The notes beneath the pieces were generated by a model that made no database searches, had not been told where the DNA came from, and saw only the letters and a list, made by a program, of their open reading frames with translations. DNA of 61,635 bases, counting the filler, from Dirinaria sp. TL-2023a (lineage: Eukaryota), in NCBI GenBank assembly GCA_051941275.1. It is 19 parts of 19 records of this genome, joined end to end, with 100 filler letters (N's around TTAATTAATTAA, not from the genome) between each part and the next. Parts side by side here need not be neighbours in the genome. Positions count along the whole stretch, not along the records: positions 1 to 3,193 come from JAVEBF010002098.1; positions 3,294 to 6,483 come from JAVEBF010002099.1; positions 6,584 to 9,762 come from JAVEBF010002100.1; positions 9,863 to 13,035 come from JAVEBF010002101.1; 15 more parts are not named here. One strand, 5' to 3'. Below, one piece after another: positions 1-11,731 of this stretch (position 1 is the stretch's first letter; each line of letters opens with the position of its first letter). Both the position numbers and the translations under genes were made by a program.

Positions 1-139
1 CTTAAACTCATAGAGTTCTCGCATGAAGGATTTTCTAGTACTACGAATAGATGAAACGACATGTAATATAAAGAAAGTAGACGCAGCGTTAGCGCAGCGT
101 CGACACAAGTACATAGATCTCGCATAGGTCCCTAGTGAG

Positions 140-660
140 TGTTGAATCGAGTAAGAATTAAAAAAAAAAAAAAATTCGTTTTTGATTTTCTTTCGTAATG
201 AATCATGTATACGTCGTCGTAATAAATCGATCAATATAAATTTAAATATTTTGTTTTTTTTTTCGATGAGTCACACATTTTTTTTGTTACATTTGATCGC
301 TGTTAATTCAGAATGTCTCGATTGTTTTTTTTGATGATTCATTGTAATTCGAATATCGTGTGTTTGAAAACTCAGTTTTCGTATTTTTTTTTGAGAATGT
401 ATCTCGTTCGAAACGTATATAATGCACGTTAAACGATAATTAACATTCTCATAACGTTGTCTCCTGAGTAATTTCATGTCGTTAATAATTTCGTGAATTA
501 TATCGTTTATTATTTCATCGCATTTTCGCTATCGATGTATTTAACAATAATGAGTACAATAAAATCGATAATCGTATCAATTTTTTATCGTTGCGTTTTC
601 TCGATTCAACATTAATATATTTGTACGTTTCAAAATTTTTCGTTCTCGAGTTATGTAACA
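140..660. mobile_element. AT-rich, CC/GG-depleted repeat relic (RIP-like mutated, family unidentifiable)
   Basis: Almost no CC/GG but many CG, TC and GA dinucleotides. Ends at TGTAACA (654-660), where composition switches abruptly. Confidence 0.55.
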
Positions 661-664
661 GTGA

Positions 665-988
665 TACCTGATACATTGATATATATTAACCAATGCAGAC
701 TAGCGTCGCTTGGCAGCCGAGGGTGCCCAGGGGCAATCCTTCGGGGTCTGAAGTATGGCTAGCGCCGCCTAGAAGCCAGCGTCGAAAGACTGAATCTCGA
801 GACTGACTAGAAGTCAGTGAGCAGTTGACGCTTATAGAGCATTGTGCCTACGAGCGCTCGTGATCCGCCAGCGCGGGGCTCGTCATGATGGGGCAATGTT
901 AACGCTCGCGGTTAAGTATAGGGGACCACCCACCTTTTCGGAGGGGGTCCTTAGTAATTAGTTCTAGCAGGAACTACAGTATCAGGTA
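665..988. mobile_element. Candidate small insertion (MITE or solo-LTR-like) bounded by a 10-bp inverted repeat
   Basis: TACCTGATAC (665-674) and GTATCAGGTA (979-988) are perfect reverse complements. The interior is GC-richer and keeps CC/GG. Confidence 0.3.
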
Positions 989-1001
989 GCCATATAATCT
1001 A

Positions 1002-1950
1002 TTACACTGCCACGTCTTTCACACAAGTACTGCGTCGACGGGTAACCGGCGCATACGACCTTACAGTGACTCTTGCTCTCTGCCAAAGCTCCTTGATATA
1101 AGGTACCTGCGCAGCGATATCAATACCACTTGCAAACATTAACACGCTCCCAAAGTCGCTCAGATTCTCTCCTTTGCCATACGGGCTATCGACCCACGTA
1201 CACAGAGCTGAGGCATTTAGGTGTCTCAGCAATCTGCGTGTGAAGCCGTTTTTAGGTTTTATAAGGATATATATCTTTCCGTTTCGATCATACGCATCGG
1301 CGTCCCACCAAGTTATCATGAAAGAATGACTCTGAAAGAGAGACCAAAAACTGCAAGAGGGCACTCATATGTAGACATACTGCTCGGCTCGTACTTTTCA
1401 GAAGCGACGAACGTTGATCTCGACGCAGAATGCATCATTAGCGTTGTGACGTTGAATCACTCGTGCGGTCGCGTATGATTGACGTCAAGAAGACTGACGA
1501 AACAGAATTCGAGCGTATCTCAGTAGAGTGATGACGACGAAAATAGAAGCGGCGATAATGACATAAATTCTGGAATAATTGAAAACCACATTCAAATGAC
1601 GCCACAGCGCTATTACGAGCAATATCGCGAGCGCCGAATGCGATTTGATAAAGAATTCGTAAAGAGCGACTCGAGTTCATGTGAGAAGGAATATGGAACA
1701 CAGAGCTATGCTGGTCTAAACTATTATCAGTCGATTCCTGCTCGTGTATAACTTTCGACTTACCAAGAAACCATAGAAATGCAGTGAATTTTTGAGACTT
1801 AGAGCATTATGACAAACAAAGATGAGCACGTGAATCAATGTTTGAACGAAAGTCATAAACCCGACTGAACCGTGAAGCGCGCGAAAAATGTGTAACGACA
1901 GACCCAACAAATCCGCCGTAAAACTCAAGAATGATGCCTTCAGAATCGAT
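1002..1950 (-). pseudogene. Ferric reductase-like (FRE) gene, degenerate: transmembrane plus FAD/NAD-binding part
   Basis: Fragments SFTADLLGLSLHIFRALHGSVGFMTFVQTLIHVL (heme-ligand His helices), FQSHSFMITWW (HPF motif changed to HSF), IKPKNGFTRRL and WVDSPYG..VLMFASGIDIAAQVPYIKEL (DGPYG and GIGI motifs altered). Broken into short ORFs. Confidence 0.75.
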
Positions 1951-2203
1951 AATGAGAATGCAGTCCTCGGAAACCAAATTCGTTTCATATACTCTCTCCA
2001 TCTCGTTCATTCGAAGCTTGAGAAGTCGTGCCTCGAAGACGCTTCCGATGTCTCTGCTCAGCTCAGAGATACAAAACATCGGTGAAACTGCGTGTCTTGC
2101 AAATCACAGTCTTCGTCTCGATAGAGTTCTGAAATAAACGAACTTCTCTGTTAGTAGTCAGCAGTAAGCCGATCTGTTCATGAGGAAAACGCTTGCGCCC
2201 TAT

Positions 2204-2502
2204 AAATTGCCCTCTTTGTCCCGACGCACACGATAAATTTCGTGCGTCAAAATGTCAAAATTCGATTCGTTCAGCATATGCTGCTTCATATCAAGAACAA
2301 CGTGAAATGTTGCTTGATTAAGCTCTGGCGCCTGAAAAGGCTCAACGTGAGCAAAGTGTTGCCTTGTCTCAAGTTCGCCTTCGTATTCGCTTGTTGAACG
2401 TCCTGCTCATACAAGATAGGCTTTTATGGCGTCAGTATGCTGCTCTCAGCTGCGACCGTCCCCTTCGAACTCATTCACTCGAAGTCTTAGAATCACTCGT
2501 TT
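2204..2502 (-). pseudogene. Degenerate hypothetical gene upstream of the FRE relic
   Basis: Manual translation KRVILRLRVNEFEGDGRS*EQHTDAIKAYLV*AG..RQHFAHVEPFQAPELNQATFHVVLDMKQH..LTHEIYRVRRDKEGN. It is protein-like with two in-frame TGA and is followed by a CTAACAG intron end. Confidence 0.45.
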
Positions 2503-3193
2503 TGATCGATTTTCGAAACACATAGCTGTGGGGTTCATGGAGGTAGCGACAGTTGATGAGGTTGTCGACATTGCCATAGTTTTCAGTAGAGACACGAAGA
2601 TAGCATGTAAAATACTTTAGTTTTGTTGACACGCTAACTCATCTCGGCTGACGCTAAGCCTGCCATCTTGCGGTTAATCTTCCCCATAAATGGACCGTGT
2701 TTTTGCTTATCGTACTCGCCAAGTGTTATGGATTTTCACATGCTTCTTCCTGTGCTTCTGGGACTAGCATTTTGGTACTAGCTTTTATCTTTTACTTCTA
2801 TGGCTTTGCACCATGCACTTGGCGCATTTCCGCACCAATGCCGGTTTCAGATGCTTCCGGGCCTATGGCGCAAACCCCTGGGGTAGGTATGGTCTATTTA
2901 GCAGGCGATTGCACCCAGATTTCCCAGGGCATCACCATTATTATTAGCTATTTTGACTATCTACCTTATAGGTAATATCATTATATTTGGCCCACCATTT
3001 GGTCCATAACAACGAGTAAAAACGATCGTGAAGATAACAAATTCTCGCAAAAACGTGATAACACGTTCGCTGCAACTGAGAATAATGATAACTCCAAATC
3101 GTCAAACGAATCGAATCAGTCAGAGAATCACGCGAAACGTGACAAAAATGAACGAAACAACTTCTCTCGTGATCGCGAAAATCGCTCTCAGAA

Positions 3194-3293
3194 NNNNNNN
3201 NNNNNNNNNNNNNNNNNNNNNNNNNNNNNNNNNNNNNTTAATTAATTAANNNNNNNNNNNNNNNNNNNNNNNNNNNNNNNNNNNNNNNNNNNN
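3194..3293. other. Artificial contig spacer (first of 18): 44 N + TTAATTAATTAA + 44 N
   Basis: Identical 100-bp spacers start at 3194, 6484, 9763, 13036, 16305, 19571, 22825, 26078, 29328, 32578, 35824, 39068, 42303, 45535, 48765, 51987, 55204 and 58420. The 12-mer has stops in all six frames. Contig lengths never increase along the window. Confidence 0.99.
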
Positions 3294-6200
3294 GAACTAC
3301 GCAGACGATGCTTCGTGCGACGCTCCTGAGGCCAAATTCCTCTAAAGCCGTCACACAGATCATCGACGACGAGTAAATTTCAGAACGTTTCGATAATTGC
3401 TGAGAATAGCGTGATAGCTAAACTATTTAAGAAAAATCGATCGAATGACTCAATCGAGAGTCAAACGACATTGACGAGTTAGCGTAACGACGACGACGAC
3501 ATGAAAACAAAACAGAACGTGTCATTCACACAGAATATGAAACGTATCTTTATATAGAGCTTATTCACAGACGAGAAACTATAATGAAGACAAGCTCAGA
3601 GCTTCGAATATTACAGTACAACGTTCAAAAATCAAGAGACAAAGTGATGATAACTTTGTTACAGAAAGAAAAGATCAAGAAATATGATATATTAGTGATA
3701 CAGAAGTTCTGACGTCACAGCGAGAGCGCGAAGACGTACAACTCGCGAAGCTTCGACTTCACGCTAAAGAATAACGAAGAAAGAACGTGTTTCTATGTAA
3801 ACAAACGAATTGATAACAACAGTTGACATACAAAGTGACATTTCAGAGATGTGAGTACAATCACTCTGCATCTGCATTCTGAAGACAAAGAGAATGAGAA
3901 TACGACATTTCATATTCATGAAGTGTATAATTCGTCTTCGACGAATTACAATGAAGTAAACGACAAAGAAAATCTATCAGAAGTGAAGACAGCAATGCGC
4001 ATGCACGAAGAAAGTGTAGTAGTGAAAGACTTCAATTTACATCATTCATTATGAGTCGAATCATTCTATCTCAAACAACATTTTCTGATCGACGATTTAC
4101 TAAATATCATGCAGAACGTCGACGTCTCGCTGACGCTCTCAAAAGAAACTATAACGAGAAACTATCAGAGAACTCAGACTATCATAGATCTGAGCTTCAC
4201 TACAGACAGCGTTGCTGAAAGATTAATATATTGCGAAGTAGATGAGAAGATGAAGAACGCATTCGATCATCTGTCAATACGAACGATTTTGAATCTTCGC
4301 ACACAGAAGAAATCACAACGTCATCTTCGTCGCAACTGAAAAAGAATGAATGTGAAAAAGTTTGACAATGTGCTTCAAAATCATCTGTCAGAATCATTGT
4401 CACAACAGTCGACAAATCGTCAACGAATCAATGAGTATATAATGAAGCTACTAAACGTTTTGAAAAAAGCAACAGAGACATTTACATCGTGAATCAAGTC
4501 GCACGAGATAGTCAAAGCAGCATGAACAAACGAGTGCACTCAAGCAGTGAAGAAAGCTAGACGTCTACGACGCGAATGTCGTATCTCGACAAACTAACAG
4601 ATGTATCAAAAAGTCTGCGATAGAAAAAAAAAGATATTGAGAAAGCATAAGCGAAACGAGTTTCGCACAATCATGAAAGTCTCGAAGACGACTAATAAAG
4701 ATCTCTTCAACAACGCTAAATGAGCGCGAAATGCGATAGCAAACACACTGACTCAATCGAATATTTCGTCACTGAATCAGAGCGAAGTCATCGTCATCAC
4801 GACGACTCAGAAAACGAAAGTCATGTTTCAGATTCATTTTTCACTCTCATCAGAAGCATCAATGAACGATATTGAAGATTTCATCTACTCGACATCTATC
4901 GAGAAAGATGATTCAGTCACAGAAACAGAGGTGAAGAAGACAATACACAAAACGATCTCTGATAAAGCTTCAGAAATCAATGAAGTCACGAACAGAGCAC
5001 TAAAACAGCTAACACGTATCGCTTTATCACAGATAACATCGCTGTTCGCGAAATGCATACAAGAGAGCGTTCAATCAGCACACTTCAAGAGAGTCGCTAT
5101 CATTGTATTGCGAGAATCGAGTAAAAAGAACTATACGAATTTCTCGACATATAGATCTATAACTTTTCTGAACACATTGAGCAAGACGCTGAAGTTTGTC
5201 ATTTCAGAACGCATGCGCTATGCTGTTAAGAAGTTTGACATGCTATCAAATACACAAATGAGAGCTAAAAAACAGCGATTCGTGAACACAGCACTTCAGC
5301 TCATAACAGAGAAGATGCATACGATATGAAGCGAAAACAAGAAGCGAATGACATCGTTACTGAGTTTGAACGTTTTTGAAGCGTTCAACAATGTATCACA
5401 TGTCAGACTGCTTCATAATATGCGCAAAAGAAGAATGTCGAAACGTTTACTGATCTGAGTGAAAAATTTTTTGAAGAAGCGTTGAATCACACTGACAATT
5501 GACGATTATACGCAATCGAAGCGCAGTGTGACGATGAAAATCTCTCAGAGATTCTCGTTTTCATCGATATTATATCTGTTCTATAACGCGAATTTACTCG
5601 AAGTATGCGATGATATACGATTTCGCACTAACGTTACAGAATTTATCGACGATGTCAACATATTAATTTATAGTGAGTCGACGAAACGCAATTGTCAAAT
5701 GCTAAACGAGATGTACAACAAATGCGAACAATGAGCGCAAAGATATGACTCGAAATTCGTCAAGCGAAAGCACGAGCTAATTCACTTCTCGAGAATCTCT
5801 AAAAGATTCAATATGAGCGTCAGCGTTATACTAAATGAACACGAGATAAACGTTAAATTCGATATCAGAGTGCGCGAAGTTCAGCTGAACTCAAAACTGC
5901 GATGAAAATCACATTTGCGTCAGATTGAGACAAAACTCGTCGTGAGACATAAGATTGCACAGATAATCACTGACTTTATATGAGACTCGACAATGACAGC
6001 AAGCAAGCGTATATACTTCGAAGTATCACGTTCGATGATTAGTCACGAGACAATCGTTTGATACACATCAACAGATATCAAAGATCACAGAAAAACGATT
6101 GATGCGAAACTTCGCTCTATTCAGAGCAGAGAACTTCGTCAGATCACAAACGTCTATAAAGCGACATCAACGAAAACATTGCAAATGAAAATCAACACGA

Positions 6201-6483
6201 CGTCTATTGACATTTATCTCAAAAAGTTGCTTCAGAGATCAATAATAAACATGAATGCAAAAGACTCGAGAAAAACGATGAAAACAGCGATGACACGCAT
6301 AAAACGCGATATACTTTTTAGAAAAAATCGTAAATCAAAACTCAAAACGACGTCACTCGAGTTTAAAAAAAATGAATGCGTCAAACATTGAGTGAAAAAT
6401 TTACGTCACGACGACAAATTTATATCGCGACATCATGAGCAAAGTTTTCGAAAATAATTATTCAGAATGAGACACTAGCAATA
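3294..6483 (+). mobile_element. Tad1-like LINE retrotransposon: ORF2 (APE endonuclease + reverse transcriptase) from ATG 3584, inactivated by hypermutation
   Basis: ORF fragments at 3851, 4109, 4823, 5528 and 6179 are all in the frame of ATG 3584 and are separated mostly by TGA. APE motifs LRILQYNVQKS, KDFNLHH, IIDLSF, FDHLSI. RT motifs YRSITFLNTLSK, SQRFSFSSILYLFY (from QGSPLSP) and EFIDDVNIL. Confidence 0.95.
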
Positions 6484-7063
6484 NNNNNNNNNNNNNNNNN
6501 NNNNNNNNNNNNNNNNNNNNNNNNNNNTTAATTAATTAANNNNNNNNNNNNNNNNNNNNNNNNNNNNNNNNNNNNNNNNNNNNCACGTTGAAATCTCTTG
6601 ATTTGCTGCTCGGGGGGAGGGGGGGCGACTCTGCTTGAGGAAGTACTGGAAGGTGTGGCCACAACGTATTTGGCGCTCGCAACCTACCTCAGGTAAGTAA
6701 AAATCGATTCCGAGGTCGTGGGTCTATGCCCGATTGCGCTTGACGTGGAAGCGATATGGCTTTACGCAAAACCCTCATCACATTCTACAAATGATGTTCA
6801 CGTGTAATACACTATATTTGATGAAAAAGCTAATGATCTATTTGTGCAGTAATCCGATCTCATCTCTAGCGGGTTTCACTTGGACTGCGAGATTGCTCGA
6901 CAATACTCTCCAGGGTCAAATTACGCGAGTTCAACACAGATTCTTCCGGTGATATTTCTCCTCCAAAATTTGCAAAGTTTGGCTTTTTGATAGCCAAAAA
7001 CAAGCTGAGTATGTTCTAGATTCTTCTTGATAGTTTTGAGAACGGCATCCTTCATGAATGATC

Positions 7064-8643
7064 CTACACACCTTGAAATGCAGAATCCCTCGTCTCAACC
7101 TGCACAATGCTCCTTTGGACATCAATGCCGTTTTCAGGAGCTATCCTCTTCGGTATACCTTTCATCTCATAGCCACTTTCAAGATCCCGCATGGCTGAAC
7201 TATCAATATGTGCATTTCTGGAACTGGGGACCAGTCGAATGTCTTGGCTGGTATCAGCTGAGCTCTTACGTCTATGCCGTTTATTCTCGAGCCCGACATA
7301 TTGCCTCGAGTCCGGACTAGACGTCTTGCTGCGTATAGAGAGGAGGCTCTTTAAAGATCCCAGAAAAGAATTGACAGAAGTGTGGGAAATCAAGCCCCAA
7401 ATGGAGGGCAGATTGACAGCGATCAAGGCAAGCCCAGTCTCAAGCATCGAAAACCATACGGCCTGGGTGTCATTGACTATGAAGAATTAGAGCAAGAACA
7501 ACTTGTTGGGGACGAGACGCATACGTTGAATGTCTATCGCTGACTTATGTGAGGCGCCTATTAGTGTTTATCAGTGTACCGAAGCCGGATGTAGGATAGC
7601 GCATCGCGCACGCACCGCCCGCAAGCCTAACAAAGATGACGAGCCTTGCGATAGAGGCACCGAAACCACTACAGTAGCCAATCAGTATGTGGAACAAGCT
7701 GATTAGAAATCTTGAGTGTGGTCTGCTCACACTAACGCCAGCAAGAAGATTGCAGTTATGCTAATCTTACGAGTTATCGTTGTTTTCAATGACCAGATCT
7801 AGAGCGGTGATAGTCAGCGTCTGCCTTATTGATATCTGGGATGTGACGAGATACCGAAGGAACCGGCACGATCAGGACGAAGAAGTCGAGACTGAAGTCG
7901 GTAATAGCATAGGCCTCCTCAAACCGCTCTGTTATGATACAATACTTCGCAAAAGGAAAGTTTCCCTTCCAAGCAGCATTTGGATGGGAGCCACAAGCTG
8001 ACGCGTAGAACGTAATGAAGGTAATCGCCCAAGCCGCAATGAGGATGATAAGACTCCAGATTATCGAGTTGAGTTTTCCGGGTCGATGCGCACAGAATAC
8101 TCGCCTGAAGAATGATAGCGCAGCGATTTTGATAAGTGCTAAATCAAGAATTTGGAGTATCTGTAGGGCAAATATGAGCTAAATCGATCATTAGCCATAT
8201 GCGTATCCAGAACTGTGGCTACATGGTCCATTCAAACCTTTTCACATAAAATGGTCGATGGTGCAGTAAATGTCGGAGGACCTGGTGGAGAAGGATATCC
8301 GAAAGCTCGATTGGCGACCCCTGTTCAAGAATCGACTTTAGGTCTATATTGACTGTAATGCGCAAGCCAAGTATAGGTTTGATATCATACCAATGAGTGC
8401 GCTGATCGCCATGCCGATGAAAAGTACCTACCAGACCCGACTGGTGAGCAGGATGGTTGAAAAAATTGGAGCATAATTACATGCTTGGGCCCATACTAAT
8501 GCGGGTATTTGAGCCCAGTCATCAAACTCCAAGTTCACTTTAAGCTTCATTCTTGTGTAGAACCGCAAGCTAACAGCCACAATCCCTAGAGCCGGTAGCA
8601 CTGTACTACAAGCCCAGATACCTCCTGGTGAAGTCGTCGACAT
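7064..8643 (-). CDS. PTH11-like (fungal rhodopsin-domain) integral membrane protein, multi-exon
   Basis: N-terminus MSTTSPGGIWACSTVLPALGIVAVSLRFYTRMKLKVNLEFDDW and C-terminal WFSMLETGLALIAVNLPSIW are typical of the family. Several GT-AG introns. Confidence 0.85.
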
Positions 8644-9862
8644 ATTGATAACGTTATGGACTCGGCGCAGAGACAACTGTATGAGACACAAGAATAAGTT
8701 AAGGGAAGCAGCAGACAGAGTGCACGAACACAAGAGACAATGAGGTAAATCTAGCAGAGAAGTGGAATGAAGTGGAGCATGGCAATATTCGACGGAGATC
8801 ACCGTCTGCTTGCGCGGCAAAAAGGAGGCATGGGCACATCATTAGGCCCCACGCGTATCGAAAGGCATCCACCATGACGCAACAAGCAACCTCTTGCACG
8901 CATATGCAGCCAAATGGAGGAAGATCAGTGCTAACATGTGATACTGGTACTTCCAATTCCGGAACAGTCATTTCTGTATATGGCTATATCAATGCCGTGT
9001 TGAACTGATGCAGCTCGTGATGCATTGTTGAACGCCAACGTGATTGTCACTAGCCAGACTGAGGCTCAGAACTGCCACGGTTACTTACGATCATATCAAA
9101 GGGTCCTACTCAGCGCGGTCAGTGTCATGATCAATGTCAGGACGATCACTACCTTCGGCGACTTTTGAGCGGTCGCGCTAGTGCAGCTGATTGCGATAAA
9201 CGGGACTTGGTTACAGTGCCTTCCACTTGCATCTGGGGGTAGCTGCAGCAAGGTCAGGAGGGCTCGTCCGACCCTGAGCTGATTCACGGACCCAAGTCAA
9301 GATCGGCCTGACTGCCCAATGAAAGAGGTCGGAGCATGCTGAATGAAGTAGGTAGGTTATTAGAGAGGTCCTTACTGCGCACCATACAATGCAGCTCGCC
9401 ACATACGTCAGGATTGGGGCGCAGTCGGTGGAGGACTATCCAAATCTACTACACTACTTTCAAGTAACAGGTGAAAGGTGTGAATGCCTCGTGCGGCTGC
9501 TCGGCCCTCCTGTGCAGTGCGGGCCGTAACAACGTCTCCGTCTGCCTTGCATTTGCTGCACCTCCCCACTTCTGCCTAAAGTTTGACTTTGCAACTGAAA
9601 GTTTCAAGGATGAACATTCCCCTCGATATGAATAAGATCATTCGATCGGGTATAGATGGTTCAGGAAAGTGGGCGTGTAAGAGCGATCCACCGTATCGCA
9701 CGTACAGTGGTAGGGCAGCATAGATTCGACTACCGTCCCATCCTGTCACATACCATTCATTGNNNNNNNNNNNNNNNNNNNNNNNNNNNNNNNNNNNNNN
9801 NNNNNNTTAATTAATTAANNNNNNNNNNNNNNNNNNNNNNNNNNNNNNNNNNNNNNNNNNNN

Positions 9863-10543
9863 CATCTTTTTCCTATCGTCCGGTATGGGTTGCATTATCT
9901 GCGCCGTCTTTAGTTTCGGTAGCAACTCCAAGAGATCCGTCAGCGTTTCCTTCGAGGCATTCAGTTCGTTTTCGATTGCTTCATCCATGAAAATGGATAG
10001 CCATATAGAGACAAGGGCAATGGACCGAAAGCTCTGAATCTGATCTGCGACATCAGAGACGACGAGAAGAAGATCTTGATCGCCAAGAAGCGGCTTTATA
10101 GTGTGCTCTAACGATCTAATAATGACAAAGATGGGCCATTTTGAGAGTCCCGTTGGAAATTCTGATGTGAGGTAGGCGAGCCTAGATTGAAGCTCAACCA
10201 CCTTCTCCTTATCTTCCTCGAAAGACGACCATCGTGTCACTGTTAGCTCATGTTCTATCACCTTGATGATTTGGTCCAACGTCCACTCGCAGGGTTCCAA
10301 CAAGTCTTTAACGTCAACTAAGTGATTCGGATCCAGTTCCTCATAGTCACAGATGGTTAACTTTAATCGCTGAACCTGTTCTGTGATTCCGGAGATGTCA
10401 AAAGGAAGGCGTGGACCATAAAGAAGCGATTCCAATTTGCGCTCATACACTTCGATTCGACGGTCCAAACGCGCGAGTGGATACAAGGAATGGGCAATAT
10501 GCCAGGCAGTCGAGGAACCAGAGAATCTGCGACTATATGCCAT
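9863..10543 (-). CDS. Hypothetical all-helical protein with a 112-aa internal repeat; 3' end truncated by contig end
   Basis: Stop-free frame of more than 225 codons from ATG 10543 into the spacer, with amphipathic helical pattern. Confidence 0.6.
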
Positions 10544-11731
10544 GTCCAAATCAAAGACTTCCTAGGCTCTTCTCAGTTTATTATGGTGAAGCTGTAAAAG
10601 CGAGCAGCCTTGCGACTTGGGGCAACTCCGTCAAGGCTGCTAGCTGATTGGCTAGAGCAAGGAGCTGTGCGCAACGAGTACCTTAGGCTAAGATTTGGTC
10701 CTTGATAGTTGATTTCCGCACTGCAACACATAGTATTTGTCCTAGTGGAATTGTTTTTCGACTACCTTGAATCATTTTCATGAATGCGAGGCTGCTTGCT
10801 GCCTGACCATGCTGCAGACCAGGCGCCAGTAGCGCACTAGAGCCAAATCTGGTTAGAGTTTTTGAAAGGTGCTAAGGTACATAATGTAAGATACATACTG
10901 TATGTCGGAGCCAAATCTCCTGGACAAGGTATGATCATTATCACATGACTATCCGCCGTGCAACTTGCTCACAAACGCAAAATGCTGGGACACGGATCCA
11001 TTCTGCAGCTCCCTTCAGGCAGAAAGATTTTGGACAGTACAGTAGGTATAGCCGAAACGCCTGGCCATTTGTAATGTACATACGTTCGAACGTCCACCTT
11101 ACCTTACTGTAGATATGTACACCCGGCAGTACGGACAGTAAGCGTAAACGAGAGCGTTAACCAAATGAGCGCATGATTGCAAATCTCTTCTTTTAACACT
11201 TGATTACTGCCACTGGAATCCATACAGATTGTAAGATACAAAAATCAAGAAGAAGTACCTACCTCAGGGCAAATGCTCGAACATGAATCTGGTTAGCGCT
11301 TTCGGTTATGCTTCCCCTCCGAAGGAGATCTCGTTTAACGGCGTCGGTTACGCTTTCTGTCCGAATTCACAGCATCTTGTCTCTTGTTTCCCGGGAGCGC
11401 GGCTTGTTTGTTTGCTGCGGAGGCACTACCGTGATTGTGGTACAGCTACTTACTCGATGAAGCCGGTCATGATGTCAACCCCCACCTCTTGAGTGACATT
11501 TGGAGGCTTCGAATCGCCCCGCCATTACTTCATCCACCATGACTTCATGTTCACTTGCTGTGCCTTAAGTAAAGAGATGCATCGACTCTCCGGTTTTCTT
11601 TCTTCACCTTCCAATTCTCCTTCTCCTTGCAAACCACATCCACTTCTTGCAACCCATTCACTATCCAGAGCTTCAGCCCCTCATCAACCAGCACTCACAA
11701 ACCTTGAACTACTCCTCTAGTTCAGCACATC

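Noticed and set aside
3584..6483. TGA-as-Trp alternative genetic code (mitochondrial-like) in the RT ORF
   Set aside because: TGA does sit at Trp positions, but Gly and Pro codons are also absent and catalytic-region motifs are damaged. GG->GA / CC->TC mutation explains all of it.
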